From contig CAYHQN010000007.1 of assembly GCA_964358545.1 (NCBI GenBank), positions 3,148 through 67,147 on the forward strand: a DNA stretch of 64,000 nt. The letters run 5' to 3'. Position numbers and translations under genes: made by a program. Positions 8,579-19,036 of this stretch are shown here, piece by piece. The notes below the pieces were generated by a model. That model searched no databases. It worked only from the letters and a program-made list of their open reading frames with translations, and was not told where the DNA came from. This DNA comes from an uncultured Tangfeifania sp. GTDB taxonomy: Bacteria; Bacteroidota; Bacteroidia; Bacteroidales; Prolixibacteraceae. Position 1 is the first letter of the stretch. Every line of letters begins with the position of its first letter.

Positions 8579-10588
8579 ATGAACAAAGTAATCGTCATTA
8601 TTTCAGTATTTCTCCTGTTTAGCTGCAATCGGGTGGACGATAAACTGATCTGGAAGTTAAAAACCGATGACACACACTTGACAATTGCAGTTGTCAACGA
8701 TCGCCCTGTAATCTGTAATCTTATAAATCCTAAGAATGGATGGAACTGGACACCCCGTTCTTCAGAGGTTCCACTTTTAAACCGTGTTTCCATAGGGGGT
8801 ATGGTACTTACCCCTATCTGGAGATTCCAGGATGCAAGGGTGGACTCAATAGATGGGTACACAGTTTCACTTCGGTTTACAAGCGCAAAACCAAAGCTTG
8901 AGCTCAAGTCGGATTGGCGGGCCAGAAAAGGTTGTGGCCCTGTAGAACATTGGATGACTGTTGAAAACAAAACCGGGTGTAACGTCACTTATAATTGTGC
9001 TGATATAATATCGTCAAACCTGACGACTAAAGCCGATTCAACGGTTACATTATGGCGTTTTGACAGATGTGAGGTTGGATTGCCTGGCTTTGGGGTTAAT
9101 AAAAATGCACTTTGGCCTAATACCATGATTGTTTCAATGGTTAACTCAGGCTTTGATCAGCCATCCTTCGTCAGGAGCGATGCAATGCTCCCATTTTTAA
9201 TTATGGATATTGTTTCAACTCATGGATTATATATCGGATATGGTTGGGATTTTGGCATGTTCGTAACTATTGCCGATAGCAGTATGCGTACAATAACCAA
9301 TAGATTCAGTCTGGCAAATGCTAATCCGGTTGAATTTGTAGAGGGAAACGGCAAAATATTGAATATTCCATATACATTTTATGGAACATATATGGGGGAT
9401 ACCGATAACGGCAGCAATAAAATGAAAAAATGGTTCTGGAATTACAGGATGACAAAAACCATGAGGGAAAACATTAATGAGCCTTTAGTGGAATTCCATG
9501 CACCATTCTATGATGAGATTGGTTGGGTTAACTATTTGAAGGACCATCCATTGAAAAAATGGGGCGTGGATCTGATCAAGATGGATATAGCATGGACGAA
9601 TCCTGGTCCATTTAGTAATTGGGGAAATGAAACAAGTTACACTAAAACCTGGAACCCGTGGCCGGCTAAGTGGCCAAACGGCATGACCTTTGGAAAGATC
9701 GCTCATGCTAATAATCTAAAAGCTGCCCTCTATATGAATGGTACCTGTCGTGATGTTGATCTGGCCACAACAGCAGGAAGGAGCGCTGAGAAACAGGCTT
9801 TGCTTGAAAGATTTGACAAAGGGTGGTATGATTACTGGAGAAGTGATTTTCATTCCGAAGCCCCCAATGATTATCTAAGTCATGAAGGACTTCTCGAAGT
9901 GCTCGATTTCATGATCGCAAACAGGCCAGGTTTTAGATGGGAAAATTGTAGTGGAGGAGGGTCTAAGAAATCTTTCGATCTTGCAGAAAGAATGGCATTC
10001 GTGACAACAGATGATTTTGGAACAGCCCATTCGTTCCGGTTTGCGTTTTATGGTAATTCTTATGTTTTTAATCCGGTACAGCTTAAAGCTGATTTATATT
10101 ATGGACTTTCTATCAATCATATTCCTCATAGTTTAGATCACTCACTATCGCATGACAAATATACTTTCAGAACCAGTTTGTTGGGAGCAATAATGGTCAG
10201 CAGCGAACCATATGAGTTAGACGATCAGCAGGAGGGTGTAGCACGTGAGACTTGGAACCTCTACCAGACAAAGCAAAGGAGTATTCTCAGGGGTGGGGAT
10301 GTTTATCATATCCTTCCTTTCCCTGATGGGGTGAATTTGGATGGTATGCAGTTTTTCAATACTGACATAAATAAAGGTTCCGTACTGCTTTTCAAACCAT
10401 CTGGAAAGTCTCCAGATTCAAAAGTTATCAAATTAAAAGGTCTTAACAGAAATGCAACTTACACACTAACTTTTCAGGACAGAAAAGAACAAAGTGCAAA
10501 AAAGACGGGAGCAGAACTTATGGATAAAGGTATTGAAGTAAAAGGGATGAGCGGCAATTTTGCATCAGAGATTATATGGATTAATTAA
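8579..10588 (+). CDS. Clan GH-D (GH36-like, alpha-galactosidase family) lipoprotein
   Basis: The lipoprotein signal is 'ISVFLLFSC'. 'LIKMDIAW' (KxD-type nucleophile region) and 'WENCSGGGSKKSFD' resemble the GH36 'C(A/S)SGGGR.D' block. Assignment is from motif memory only. Confidence 0.5.
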   Translation: MNKVIVIISVFLLFSCNRVDDKLIWKLKTDDTHLTIAVVNDRPVICNLINPKNGWNWTPRSSEVPLLNRVSIGGMVLTPIWRFQDARVDSIDGYTVSLRFTSAKPKLELKSDWRARKGCGPVEHWMTVENKTGCNVTYNCADIISSNLTTKADSTVTLWRFDRCEVGLPGFGVNKNALWPNTMIVSMVNSGFDQPSFVRSDAMLPFLIMDIVSTHGLYIGYGWDFGMFVTIADSSMRTITNRFSLANANPVEFVEGNGKILNIPYTFYGTYMGDTDNGSNKMKKWFWNYRMTKTMRENINEPLVEFHAPFYDEIGWVNYLKDHPLKKWGVDLIKMDIAWTNPGPFSNWGNETSYTKTWNPWPAKWPNGMTFGKIAHANNLKAALYMNGTCRDVDLATTAGRSAEKQALLERFDKGWYDYWRSDFHSEAPNDYLSHEGLLEVLDFMIANRPGFRWENCSGGGSKKSFDLAERMAFVTTDDFGTAHSFRFAFYGNSYVFNPVQLKADLYYGLSINHIPHSLDHSLSHDKYTFRTSLLGAIMVSSEPYELDDQQEGVARETWNLYQTKQRSILRGGDVYHILPFPDGVNLDGMQFFNTDINKGSVLLFKPSGKSPDSKVIKLKGLNRNATYTLTFQDRKEQSAKKTGAELMDKGIEVKGMSGNFASEIIWIN

Positions 10589-10731
10589 TAATTTATGAAT
10601 ATAAGAAATATGAAATTATAACAAAAACAGATTAATAATATTGGCTATAAGAAGTTGACTCGTCCTAGAAAAAGCTTACGAAGAACACTTAAATTTCAAA
10701 ATAAATGAAGAATCAAATTAAATGATAATAT

Positions 10732-13338
10732 ATGAAAAAATCACTGTGCACTATTGTTGCATCTTTTATCTTATTTACTTTATTTGGGGCATTCAATTCT
10801 AGTTATGAGTCCGTTATTGGAACAGCTAAGTCACCAAATTCAGATTCTTCCCTGACAAGTAGGACTAAAGGGTATGATTCTCCGGAGTTGAATTCCGGGG
10901 ATATTATCTGGTCAACTAAACCAGCTAAGGAATGGGCCGAGGGCTATCCTGTAGGCAATGGCCGTTTGGGAGGGATGGTTTTAGGTGGAGTGCAACATGA
11001 ACGGATTTCCGTTAACCACGATTTATTATGGAGGCAATTCTGGAGCTATCAGGAACATAAAACTGCTTCTGACATCAAAAAGATCAGGGAATTAAACCTA
11101 AAAGGGGAATGGGATAAAGCGGATGATCTTATGCTACAAAAAATTCCAGCTTCCGGCAATGCAATCTATGTTAATCCTTATGTACCGGCGGGTGATTTGT
11201 ACCTGAATCTTCGGCATGCCAATAAACCCATAACGGATTATAGGCGGATATTGCACATGGATAAGGGGATTGTTGAAGTAAAGTACCGTGTGGATAACGT
11301 TCAGTTTACGCGCGAGATTTTCTCTTTCTGGAAGCAAGGGGTGATGGCCACCCATCTGACGGCCGACCGTGCCGGTATGTTAACAGGAGAAGTTTCACTC
11401 TCCCGTCTGCTGGATCCGGAATGTGAAGTAACCGGATATGCCACACAGGATAAGGTTGTTTTAAAAGGAAAATTTGAAGAGGGCAGGGAATTTGCTATTG
11501 CCGTGAAAGTGATTCAACGGGGAGGGCGCCTTACGATCGGCAGAAAGGAGCTTGTTCAAAACAAAGCAAATATGCCCAAAAAAGATTTTGGTTTAAAGTA
11601 TGTGTTAAGTACGAATGAGATGTTTGGGAAAGAAGATGGCGCCTCCACTTTTTTTGATACAGCAGACGAGGTGCTTATATTATTGGCCATCACCGTGGAT
11701 GATGAATTTGAGAAGGGCGCTGATCTTGTAAAGAAAACAATCGAAAAACTCGACCGTGTCACAGAAAGTTATGAAATACTCAAAGAGGAGCATGTTCAGG
11801 ATTTTCAAAAAATATACAATAGGGTTTCATTAAGCCTGGGATCTGACAAGCCATTTATTTCTACTGATTCATTGTTGAAGGAATCCGTTGATGAAAATAC
11901 CGCATCCCCGGCTTTGTTGGAAAAGATGTTTAATATGTCGAGGTACCTGGCTATATCGAGTGGCCGTTCCCAGCCGGCAGGGCAACCTAAGAAAGCCCCG
12001 ATTAACCTTCAGGGTATATGGAACCAGGACCGTCGTCCGGCCTGGGATTGTGATTACCATATTGATTTAAATGTTGAAATGTGTTATTGGCCATTAGATA
12101 TGCTGAACCTTGGGGATCTGATGATGCCTCTGATGAATTGGGTAGAAACTTTGTCTGAAGGAGGGAGAATAGCCGCAAAAGACCTGTATGGGGCAAGAGG
12201 TATTGCTTTTGGGATTGTGGCAGATAACAAAAATGTCGGCAATTTTGATAATATCTGTTTCCCCTGGACGGGAGGTGCCGCCTGGTTAGCTCAAATCTTG
12301 TGGCAACATTGGGAGTATAGTAATGATCGCTCCTATTTACAAAATCATTTGTTTCCCTATTTAGTTGAAGTAGGGAACTTCTATGAAGACTTTTTGGTTG
12401 AAGATAGCAATGGGTCCCTGGTCCCTTCTTTAAGCGCTTCCCCTGAAATGCCCGTCGCGGGAAGAAAGAGGCAAAGTTTTTCATCTTCGGCTTCCTCAAT
12501 GGACCTGGAATTAATCCATGATTTGTTCGGTCATTTAATTAAGGCAGGAAATTTATTAAAGACGGATCCCACAAAGATTAAAAAATGGCAATCCATTGTT
12601 GACCGTGTTCCATTGCCCAGGATCAATGCAGATGGTTCCATGGGTGAATGGCTGGAAGAACATACGATGGCCGACCCGGGTCACCGCCACCGGTCATTGC
12701 TGGTAGGTTTGTGCCCGGGAGACAGGATATCGGTTGAAAACACCAAAGAATATGCAGATGCTGCTTATAAGGCTATTCTGAAAAGACATGAAGCCGGAGG
12801 GAAAGCATCAGTGTACTTTAGTTCTGTCTGGGACGCACAACTGTTGGCAAGACTTTACAAAGCAGAAGAAGCATACGAAGAATTGGTAAAATTATTTCCG
12901 GTTAATGTTCTGGATAACCTACTCATTAGCGGTTTTGCATTTAATGGAATAAAGTTAGTCCAGGTCGAGGCAAGTCTTGCCTTAGGATCAGCCATCATAG
13001 AAATGATTTTTCAGGACAGGCAGGGCTTGTTGAGGTTTCTTCCGGCCCTTCCGGCCAATTTATCTAAAGGGAAAGTTTCAGGGTTAAATGCCAGAGGAGG
13101 GTTTGAGGTTGGTTTGGAATGGAAGGAAGGGAAAATCCATGCTGCTAATATCATGTCCCTTGGTGGTAAGCCTTGTCAATTTAAAGACAAAGGATTCGGC
13201 AAGATAAAAATAACATGCGGAGGGAAAGAAGTGAAATATTCCAATAATAAAGACAAAGGGATCATCAGCTTTGACACCGCTAAAGGACAAAAATACCAAT
13301 TGACTTTTTATGGGAATGACATTCCGGCAAATTATTAA
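10732..13338 (+). CDS. GH95-family alpha-L-fucosidase/alpha-L-galactosidase (second copy)
   Basis: It carries the same hallmarks as 4526..7120 ('WAEGYPVGNGRLGGMV', 'LPALP..GLNARGGFEVGLEW') and is collinear with that gene over nearly the full length. The N-terminal signal region differs. Confidence 0.85.
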   Translation: MKKSLCTIVASFILFTLFGAFNSSYESVIGTAKSPNSDSSLTSRTKGYDSPELNSGDIIWSTKPAKEWAEGYPVGNGRLGGMVLGGVQHERISVNHDLLWRQFWSYQEHKTASDIKKIRELNLKGEWDKADDLMLQKIPASGNAIYVNPYVPAGDLYLNLRHANKPITDYRRILHMDKGIVEVKYRVDNVQFTREIFSFWKQGVMATHLTADRAGMLTGEVSLSRLLDPECEVTGYATQDKVVLKGKFEEGREFAIAVKVIQRGGRLTIGRKELVQNKANMPKKDFGLKYVLSTNEMFGKEDGASTFFDTADEVLILLAITVDDEFEKGADLVKKTIEKLDRVTESYEILKEEHVQDFQKIYNRVSLSLGSDKPFISTDSLLKESVDENTASPALLEKMFNMSRYLAISSGRSQPAGQPKKAPINLQGIWNQDRRPAWDCDYHIDLNVEMCYWPLDMLNLGDLMMPLMNWVETLSEGGRIAAKDLYGARGIAFGIVADNKNVGNFDNICFPWTGGAAWLAQILWQHWEYSNDRSYLQNHLFPYLVEVGNFYEDFLVEDSNGSLVPSLSASPEMPVAGRKRQSFSSSASSMDLELIHDLFGHLIKAGNLLKTDPTKIKKWQSIVDRVPLPRINADGSMGEWLEEHTMADPGHRHRSLLVGLCPGDRISVENTKEYADAAYKAILKRHEAGGKASVYFSSVWDAQLLARLYKAEEAYEELVKLFPVNVLDNLLISGFAFNGIKLVQVEASLALGSAIIEMIFQDRQGLLRFLPALPANLSKGKVSGLNARGGFEVGLEWKEGKIHAANIMSLGGKPCQFKDKGFGKIKITCGGKEVKYSNNKDKGIISFDTAKGQKYQLTFYGNDIPANY

Positions 13339-13384
13339 CTTATGAGCACTACATTTAAATAAGTCGTTGAAAAATTGAAGCATT

Positions 13385-15160
13385 ATGAAAAAAACATTGC
13401 TATTCTGTCTGTTATTAATCATTTCTTTTGGGGTGAAAGCACAAAACATTGAGAAGGACGTAACCATTCCTTTACCCACAAAAGCTCAATTAAGGTGGCA
13501 AAATTATGAACAGATTATGTTTTTACACTTTTCTGCCAATACCTGGCAAACACATCGTGGTTTAGGCAATGAATGGGATGATCTTTCCACACCGTTGGAT
13601 CGCATTAATCCGACAAAGCTAAATACCGACCAATGGTGCGAGGTTGCGAAAAGCTGGGGTGCCAAAATGATAATTTTTGTGGCTAAGCATGTGGGGGGAT
13701 TCTGTTCGTGGCAAACTAATACAACTGAATATGGAATAAGAAACACACCATGGAAAAACGGTAAGGGTGATATACTCAAAGAATTGTCAGGATCGTGTAA
13801 AAAATACGGGTTGGATTTGGGTATATATGTTTATCCAGGTGACCCTCATTGGGGAGCTGGAGTAGGTAGCGGTGGTGTTACAAAAGATTCTTCCAAACAG
13901 GAAGAATATAATAAAATTTATTGCCAGCAAATGACGGAGGTGCTCAGCAGATATGGCGAAATCAAAGAAGTTTGGTTTGATGGCAGTTGTTATATAAAAT
14001 GCGTTCCGGAGATATTAAAAAAATATGCTCCTGATGCAGTAATTATGGCAGGGTCAATGAATAATATAAGAGAGGTAGGTAATGAAGAAGGATATGCCCC
14101 ATTTTCCAATTGGAACACTCTTAGCAGTGAAAACCTTAAAAAAGGAGTGGCTGACGCAATACAATCAGACCCGTTTGGCGATGCGTATGCTCCGATAGAA
14201 GCTTGTGTACCATTACTCAGAAACAAAGGGCACAAATGGTTCTGGAATATAAATACTGATAATCTGATATTAACGAATGAACAATTGATGAATATGTACT
14301 ACAAATCTGTTGGCAGGGGTGCTGTACTTTTATTAAATGCCACACCCGATACAACGGGATTAATACCGGAATCGCATGTAGCAGCATATAAAGCATTCGG
14401 AAAAGAAATAAAAAGACGATTTGATAACCCTATTAAGAAAACAAAGGGGGAAGGGAACTCTTTAGAGCTAACATTTTCAAAACCAACAGAAATAAATCAT
14501 GTTATCTTACAGGAAGACCTTTCAATGGGGCAGCGTGTTCTTGCCTTTAGTATTGAAGGGATGAATGAAAAGGAGCAGTGGAACGAGGTGTATGACGGGA
14601 CATCAATAGGACATAAACGGATCTGTCATTTTAACCCGGTTACTTTGAAGAAAATCAAGGTATCATTTACCAATACAAAAGCTAAGCCACAAATATCCAA
14701 CTTTTCTGTTTACAACATTAAAGGGGTAAGCTTGGAGCCGGAAAAAAGGAAGGACAATAGTCGCTACTATAACTTTATAGCAAATAAAAAAGGAACAGAC
14801 CAAAGCGATGAGCCAGGCATTGAAATCGGTAAATGGGACGACAAATTTTTTAGTAATGCCGAATGGAAAGAAATGAGTTTTGATTTAACAAAATATGTAA
14901 CAATGGTAGGCCAATATGAAGTTACATTTTCAGCACATTGTAATAATAAAGGGCCGGGGCTTGAATTTAAAGATTGGGAGATGGAAATGTATGGTGTAAA
15001 GATGAAGAGTACAATTGAATTTCTTAACGAAAGTTCAACATTCAGGATTACCCGTTCACAACAGACGCTGGATGAGTTTCCAACTATATTAAGACTTAAA
15101 ATAAAAAGTAAGTCTAAGAAAACATCAGGGAATATTACTATTAAAAGATTGACTTACTAA
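13385..15160 (+). CDS. GH29-family alpha-L-fucosidase with a C-terminal discoidin-like domain
   Basis: A signal peptide is present. 'AKMIIFVAKHVGGFCSWQT' corresponds to the GH29 'AKHHDGF' block, and 'EVWFDGS' corresponds to the GH29 'WFDG' block. About 250 aa of beta-rich sequence follows at the C terminus. Confidence 0.7.
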   Translation: MKKTLLFCLLLIISFGVKAQNIEKDVTIPLPTKAQLRWQNYEQIMFLHFSANTWQTHRGLGNEWDDLSTPLDRINPTKLNTDQWCEVAKSWGAKMIIFVAKHVGGFCSWQTNTTEYGIRNTPWKNGKGDILKELSGSCKKYGLDLGIYVYPGDPHWGAGVGSGGVTKDSSKQEEYNKIYCQQMTEVLSRYGEIKEVWFDGSCYIKCVPEILKKYAPDAVIMAGSMNNIREVGNEEGYAPFSNWNTLSSENLKKGVADAIQSDPFGDAYAPIEACVPLLRNKGHKWFWNINTDNLILTNEQLMNMYYKSVGRGAVLLLNATPDTTGLIPESHVAAYKAFGKEIKRRFDNPIKKTKGEGNSLELTFSKPTEINHVILQEDLSMGQRVLAFSIEGMNEKEQWNEVYDGTSIGHKRICHFNPVTLKKIKVSFTNTKAKPQISNFSVYNIKGVSLEPEKRKDNSRYYNFIANKKGTDQSDEPGIEIGKWDDKFFSNAEWKEMSFDLTKYVTMVGQYEVTFSAHCNNKGPGLEFKDWEMEMYGVKMKSTIEFLNESSTFRITRSQQTLDEFPTILRLKIKSKSKKTSGNITIKRLTY

Positions 15161-15236
15161 CCAAATTCACAAACGAAGGCCACACAATTGTACATTCATG
15201 AAGCTCAATTAAAAATCAATTAAAAAATGGATAACC

Positions 15237-15894
15237 ATGAAAAAAATAATCGTCATTATTTCAGTATTCATCCTGATTAGTTGCAATCAGGTGGCGCTTG
15301 AAGCTTGTTCACATATTGCAGCCGGTTGTACAGGAGCCGCTTTTAATGTGCTTTCCTTTTATGATGAGCCACTGGATGAATACGAACCGCTGGTAGCCCG
15401 GTTACAGGAAGCACGTCCATTCTTTGACCTGATGGCCAAATCGTTGGGGCGTTATGCACTTACTGGAATCCATACTTGGGAAAGACAATGTTTTTGCCCT
15501 TTCAAAAGATGAAATCAAAAACCTGCTTTCAGGCGGCGTTTATATGGATGCAGAAACATTGCAACAGTTGAATGAAATGGGTTTTGGCGAGTTGACCGGA
15601 TTTGAAGTGATGGGATCGGAAAATAAAGACCGTATCGAAAAATTTTCCAATCATCCGCTGAACGGAGCCTTTGCCGGCAGAGAACGCGATAACAGACAAT
15701 CATTTTGGAAATCAATTGCTTATACTCTCCGGAAAACCAACAAAAACGCACAAACACTTAGCGGCCTGATTGACTATGCTGGAAAGGAAGTTTCTGCCTG
15801 TACTGCTGGAATCTTTGAAAATAAACTGATATGGAATGTAGGGAAACCATCATTCAATCTTCAGGGACTGATAGTTCTTATCAAAAATTTGTAA
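15237..15894 (+). pseudogene. Decayed gene: a lipoprotein signal peptide fused to an internal fragment of an unidentified protein, and frameshifted
   Basis: Two overlapping ORFs in different frames (15237..15512 in frame 3, 15454..15894 in frame 1) read through one another. The signal peptide 'MKKIIVIISVFILISCNQV' runs directly into sequence with no mature N-terminal region. The total length is far shorter than any neighbouring enzyme. Confidence 0.5.
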
Positions 15895-15959
15895 TACCGT
15901 TTGTCGATTCATGGCAGATGAGGCTTATCGTCAGCGAATAAGGCAATTTGACTTGCATA

Positions 15960-16610
15960 TTAATTTTTGGCTCTAAACAGATGGGAAAGCGCAATTATCT
16001 TTGAATTTTCAATATGTTTTTTCATTAGTTCTTTTGCAAGCGCTATATCGCGACGGCACAGTGCATCTAATATTTCAACGTGTTCTTTGGTTGTTGATTC
16101 TTTCGTTTCTTTATGCATGAAACCTAAGCTTCGAAAACTTTGAATTAGCCGGAAAAGTTGGTTTAGCATGTCAATCAGTCTTTTTTTCCCTGTTGAATTT
16201 ATAATATAAGAGTGAATATGCGCATCCAGGTCAGTATGAACCTGAATATCTTCATTATTGGCGTTTTCAATGAGTCTCTTTTTTAATTCGATCAGTTTTT
16301 GTACACTGAGAATTGGGGCGGAAATTTCCAGACATATTAATTCGAGGGACTTTCGAATTTCATAGATCTCTTCAATCTCATCAGCCGAAAAAGGTAAAAC
16401 GATAGCTCCTTTGTTTGGAAATATCTGTATAAGGCCATCCTGCTCAAGCTGCTGGAGAACAGAGCGAACAGGGGTTCTGCTGATATTAAATTCTGCTGCA
16501 AGGGATTCTTCTTTCAGTCTGATACCGGCCGGATATTCTCCCAGGATTATTTTATTAAATAATGTCGAATATATATCAATCATAGAAGATATTTTATTTA
16601 AGCTATTCAT
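15960..16610 (-). CDS. GntR-family transcriptional regulator (FadR/FCD subfamily)
   Basis: The N-terminal winged-HTH 'LKEESLAAEFNISRTPVRSVLQQLEQDGLI..PNKGAIV' is classic GntR. The all-helical C-terminal half is consistent with an FCD ligand domain. It is divergent from the 16945 operon. Confidence 0.85.
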   Translation of the reverse strand: MNSLNKISSMIDIYSTLFNKIILGEYPAGIRLKEESLAAEFNISRTPVRSVLQQLEQDGLIQIFPNKGAIVLPFSADEIEEIYEIRKSLELICLEISAPILSVQKLIELKKRLIENANNEDIQVHTDLDAHIHSYIINSTGKKRLIDMLNQLFRLIQSFRSLGFMHKETKESTTKEHVEILDALCRRDIALAKELMKKHIENSKIIALSHLFRAKN

Positions 16611-16694
16611 AAATACAAAAATATGTAAAAAATTATGAGTTTATGTGTACAAATAAATATAAATAATTTAATATTACGTGCTATATTTGTATTA

Positions 16695-16704
16695 TTGTAT
16701 ACAA
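16695..16704. promoter_or_regulatory. Candidate GntR operator (perfect palindrome TTGTATACAA)
   Basis: This 10-bp perfect palindrome has the GT-N-AC architecture typical of GntR-family operators. It lies in the 334-bp A+T-rich divergent intergenic region between the regulator and the first operon gene. Confidence 0.4.
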
Positions 16705-16944
16705 AAACCAGTAAATATACCAACATATAAAACAAAACCTGATAAATCAGTATAACAACAGTCATCGTTTGAAGAAAAATTATTTGTAGAACATAATTTT
16801 TGGGAGTTCCACCTGGCAACTAAAAAACAAATTATTAACATGAAACGAACATGAGCAAAAGCTCACAAAAACGAATGAAAAATCATGTCTGTGAGTTCCA
16901 TGGGAACGTTCATATTATCAACATATTAACTAAGCTATTTTCGA

Positions 16945-19011
16945 ATGAAGATTAATGTAAAAAAAGTAGGTAAATGTTTTAGGGCGAGCATCTTAATGCC
17001 AATTTTGTTTATCCTGTTTGTGAGTCAGTTTGAAGCAAATGGTTTCCCGCTACCGAATGTACCGCCCAAAGGTATTGAGGTACACCAATGGGTTAAACAA
17101 CATTTTGCCAAGGGTAAGATACCTCCGTTTTCATTTGTTTACGGAGGGAAAAGCTCGGAAAGTTTTATCAAAAACTGGCAGTATAGTGCTGAAAAGATAA
17201 AATCGACCGATCCGAATGTGGAAGAAGTGGTTTACACTTATTCGGATAAACAGAGTGGTCTTGTTGTAAAGTGCAATGTTACTCTTTTTAATGATTTCCA
17301 GGCTGTTGAGTGGGTTCTTAAATTGACAAACAATTCAGAAAGGAATTCGCCATTAATTGAAAAGGCAGCTGTTATAGACTATTCCTTTATCTCGAAAGGG
17401 AAAGGCAGCTTTATACTTCACCATGCCAAAGGAAGTGATGCGAAAATGAATGATTTTCAACCAATTGATGAGACTTTGCAGATAGGGAAAAATATCTACA
17501 TGACCCCGGCTGGAGGACGTTCATCCGACAATACAGCTTTCCCTTTTTTCAACATAGAAATACCCGGTCAGCAGGGAATAATGGTGGCTTTGGGCTGGAG
17601 TGGGAAATGGTATTCGGATGTTTTACAGACAAACGGGAAAACATTTTCTTTAAAATCGGGGATGGAGAAATTTAAACTGGGATTGTTTCCAAAAGAAGAA
17701 ATCCGTACCCCGAAAATCTGTCTGCTTTTCTGGAAAGGTGAAGACAGGATGATTGGGCACAATCTGTTTAGACAATTTGTTTTAAACCATCATACAAGTA
17801 AGATAGACGGGAAGCATGTGGAATTGCCATTTTCTACTTTTCTGGCCCGTGAAGGGCCACCTCCGTGTAACGAGCATACCTGTGCAACTGAATCCTTTAC
17901 TATCGCAATGATTAACCGACATCAGCAATTTCATATTGTTCCTGAAGTCTTTTGGCTCGACGCGGGTTGGTATGCTTGTAACGGAGCCTGGTGGAAGGTT
18001 GGAAACTGGACCCCAAACATCGAAAATTTCCCCAATGGGTTAAAGCCGGTTACTGATGCGGCCCGTAAAGTGGGAGCCAAATTTCTTTTGTGGTTTGAAC
18101 CTGAACGGGTTACAAAGAACACACAATTTGCAGATATAAATCCTGAGTGGATGCTTAACCTTCCAGGCAACGATAATGCCCTTTTTAATCTTGGTAATAA
18201 CGAAGCTAGATTATGGCTAACCAATTATATTTCTAATTTTCTTAAAAAGGAAGGGATTGATTATTATAGACAGGATTTCAACATGAATCCTATGCCTTAT
18301 TGGGAAGCAAATGATAAACCTGATCGAATTGGAATATCTGAAATCAGGCATATTGAAGGATTATACGCTTATTGGGACAGCTTGCTGGTTCGTTTCCCCC
18401 ATCTTATTATTGATAATTGCGCAAGTGGCGGACGACGGATTGATTTGGAGACTATCTCGAGGAGTTCTCCGCTGTGGCGAACAGATTACCAATATGGAGA
18501 ACCAGATGGCTCCCAAAACCATACCTATGGTCTGAATTTTTATCTTCCGCTTCATGGAACCGGTAATTTTAATATTACGCCGTATCATTTTCGGTCAAAC
18601 ATGAGCAGCTCAATGGTGATTAACTGGGATATAAATAGTAAGTTGCATTCAATGAAAGAATTACAGAAATATTTTCTGGATTTTAAACGTTTGCGTCCCT
18701 ATTATTATGGTGATTACTATCCATTGACTGGTACCGAAACTATGTTGCAGGACAACGCATGGATCGCTTATCAACTGAACAGGCAAGTACAGGGAGACGG
18801 TATTATCATGGCTTTCCGAAGGAAAAATTGTGACGATAAATCCCTGACTGTAAAACTACGTGGAATAAGCCCCAAAGAAAACTATGAACTAACAGATGAA
18901 GATTCTCAGATAAAAATTTCGAAAACGGGTGAAGAATTGATGAAGGGCTTTACACTAAACCTGAATGATAAGCCTGGATCGCTTGTGATCATGTATAAAA
19001 AAACGCAGTAG
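16945..19011 (+). CDS. Clan GH-D (GH36-like) alpha-galactosidase-family enzyme, secreted
   Basis: A signal/anchor region is present. 'IDYYRQDFN' and 'IIDNCASGGRRIDLE' match the GH36 'CASGGGR.D' block better than 8579 does. 'LWRTDYQY' may be the acid/base region. Confidence 0.55.
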   Translation: MKINVKKVGKCFRASILMPILFILFVSQFEANGFPLPNVPPKGIEVHQWVKQHFAKGKIPPFSFVYGGKSSESFIKNWQYSAEKIKSTDPNVEEVVYTYSDKQSGLVVKCNVTLFNDFQAVEWVLKLTNNSERNSPLIEKAAVIDYSFISKGKGSFILHHAKGSDAKMNDFQPIDETLQIGKNIYMTPAGGRSSDNTAFPFFNIEIPGQQGIMVALGWSGKWYSDVLQTNGKTFSLKSGMEKFKLGLFPKEEIRTPKICLLFWKGEDRMIGHNLFRQFVLNHHTSKIDGKHVELPFSTFLAREGPPPCNEHTCATESFTIAMINRHQQFHIVPEVFWLDAGWYACNGAWWKVGNWTPNIENFPNGLKPVTDAARKVGAKFLLWFEPERVTKNTQFADINPEWMLNLPGNDNALFNLGNNEARLWLTNYISNFLKKEGIDYYRQDFNMNPMPYWEANDKPDRIGISEIRHIEGLYAYWDSLLVRFPHLIIDNCASGGRRIDLETISRSSPLWRTDYQYGEPDGSQNHTYGLNFYLPLHGTGNFNITPYHFRSNMSSSMVINWDINSKLHSMKELQKYFLDFKRLRPYYYGDYYPLTGTETMLQDNAWIAYQLNRQVQGDGIIMAFRRKNCDDKSLTVKLRGISPKENYELTDEDSQIKISKTGEELMKGFTLNLNDKPGSLVIMYKKTQ

Positions 19012-19036
19012 TAAATTTAAATTAATTGAAAAAGAA

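Noticed and set aside
8524-8988. 154-aa minus-strand ORF overlapping the 5' end of the GH36-like gene
   Set aside because: It is antisense to a gene with a clear lipoprotein signal and GH motifs, and it runs into the A+T-rich spacer with no plausible start context.
16607-16819. 70-aa minus-strand ORF in the GntR/operon intergenic region
   Set aside because: It lies in extremely A+T-rich promoter DNA. The Ile/Phe/Tyr/Leu-only composition reflects base composition, not coding.
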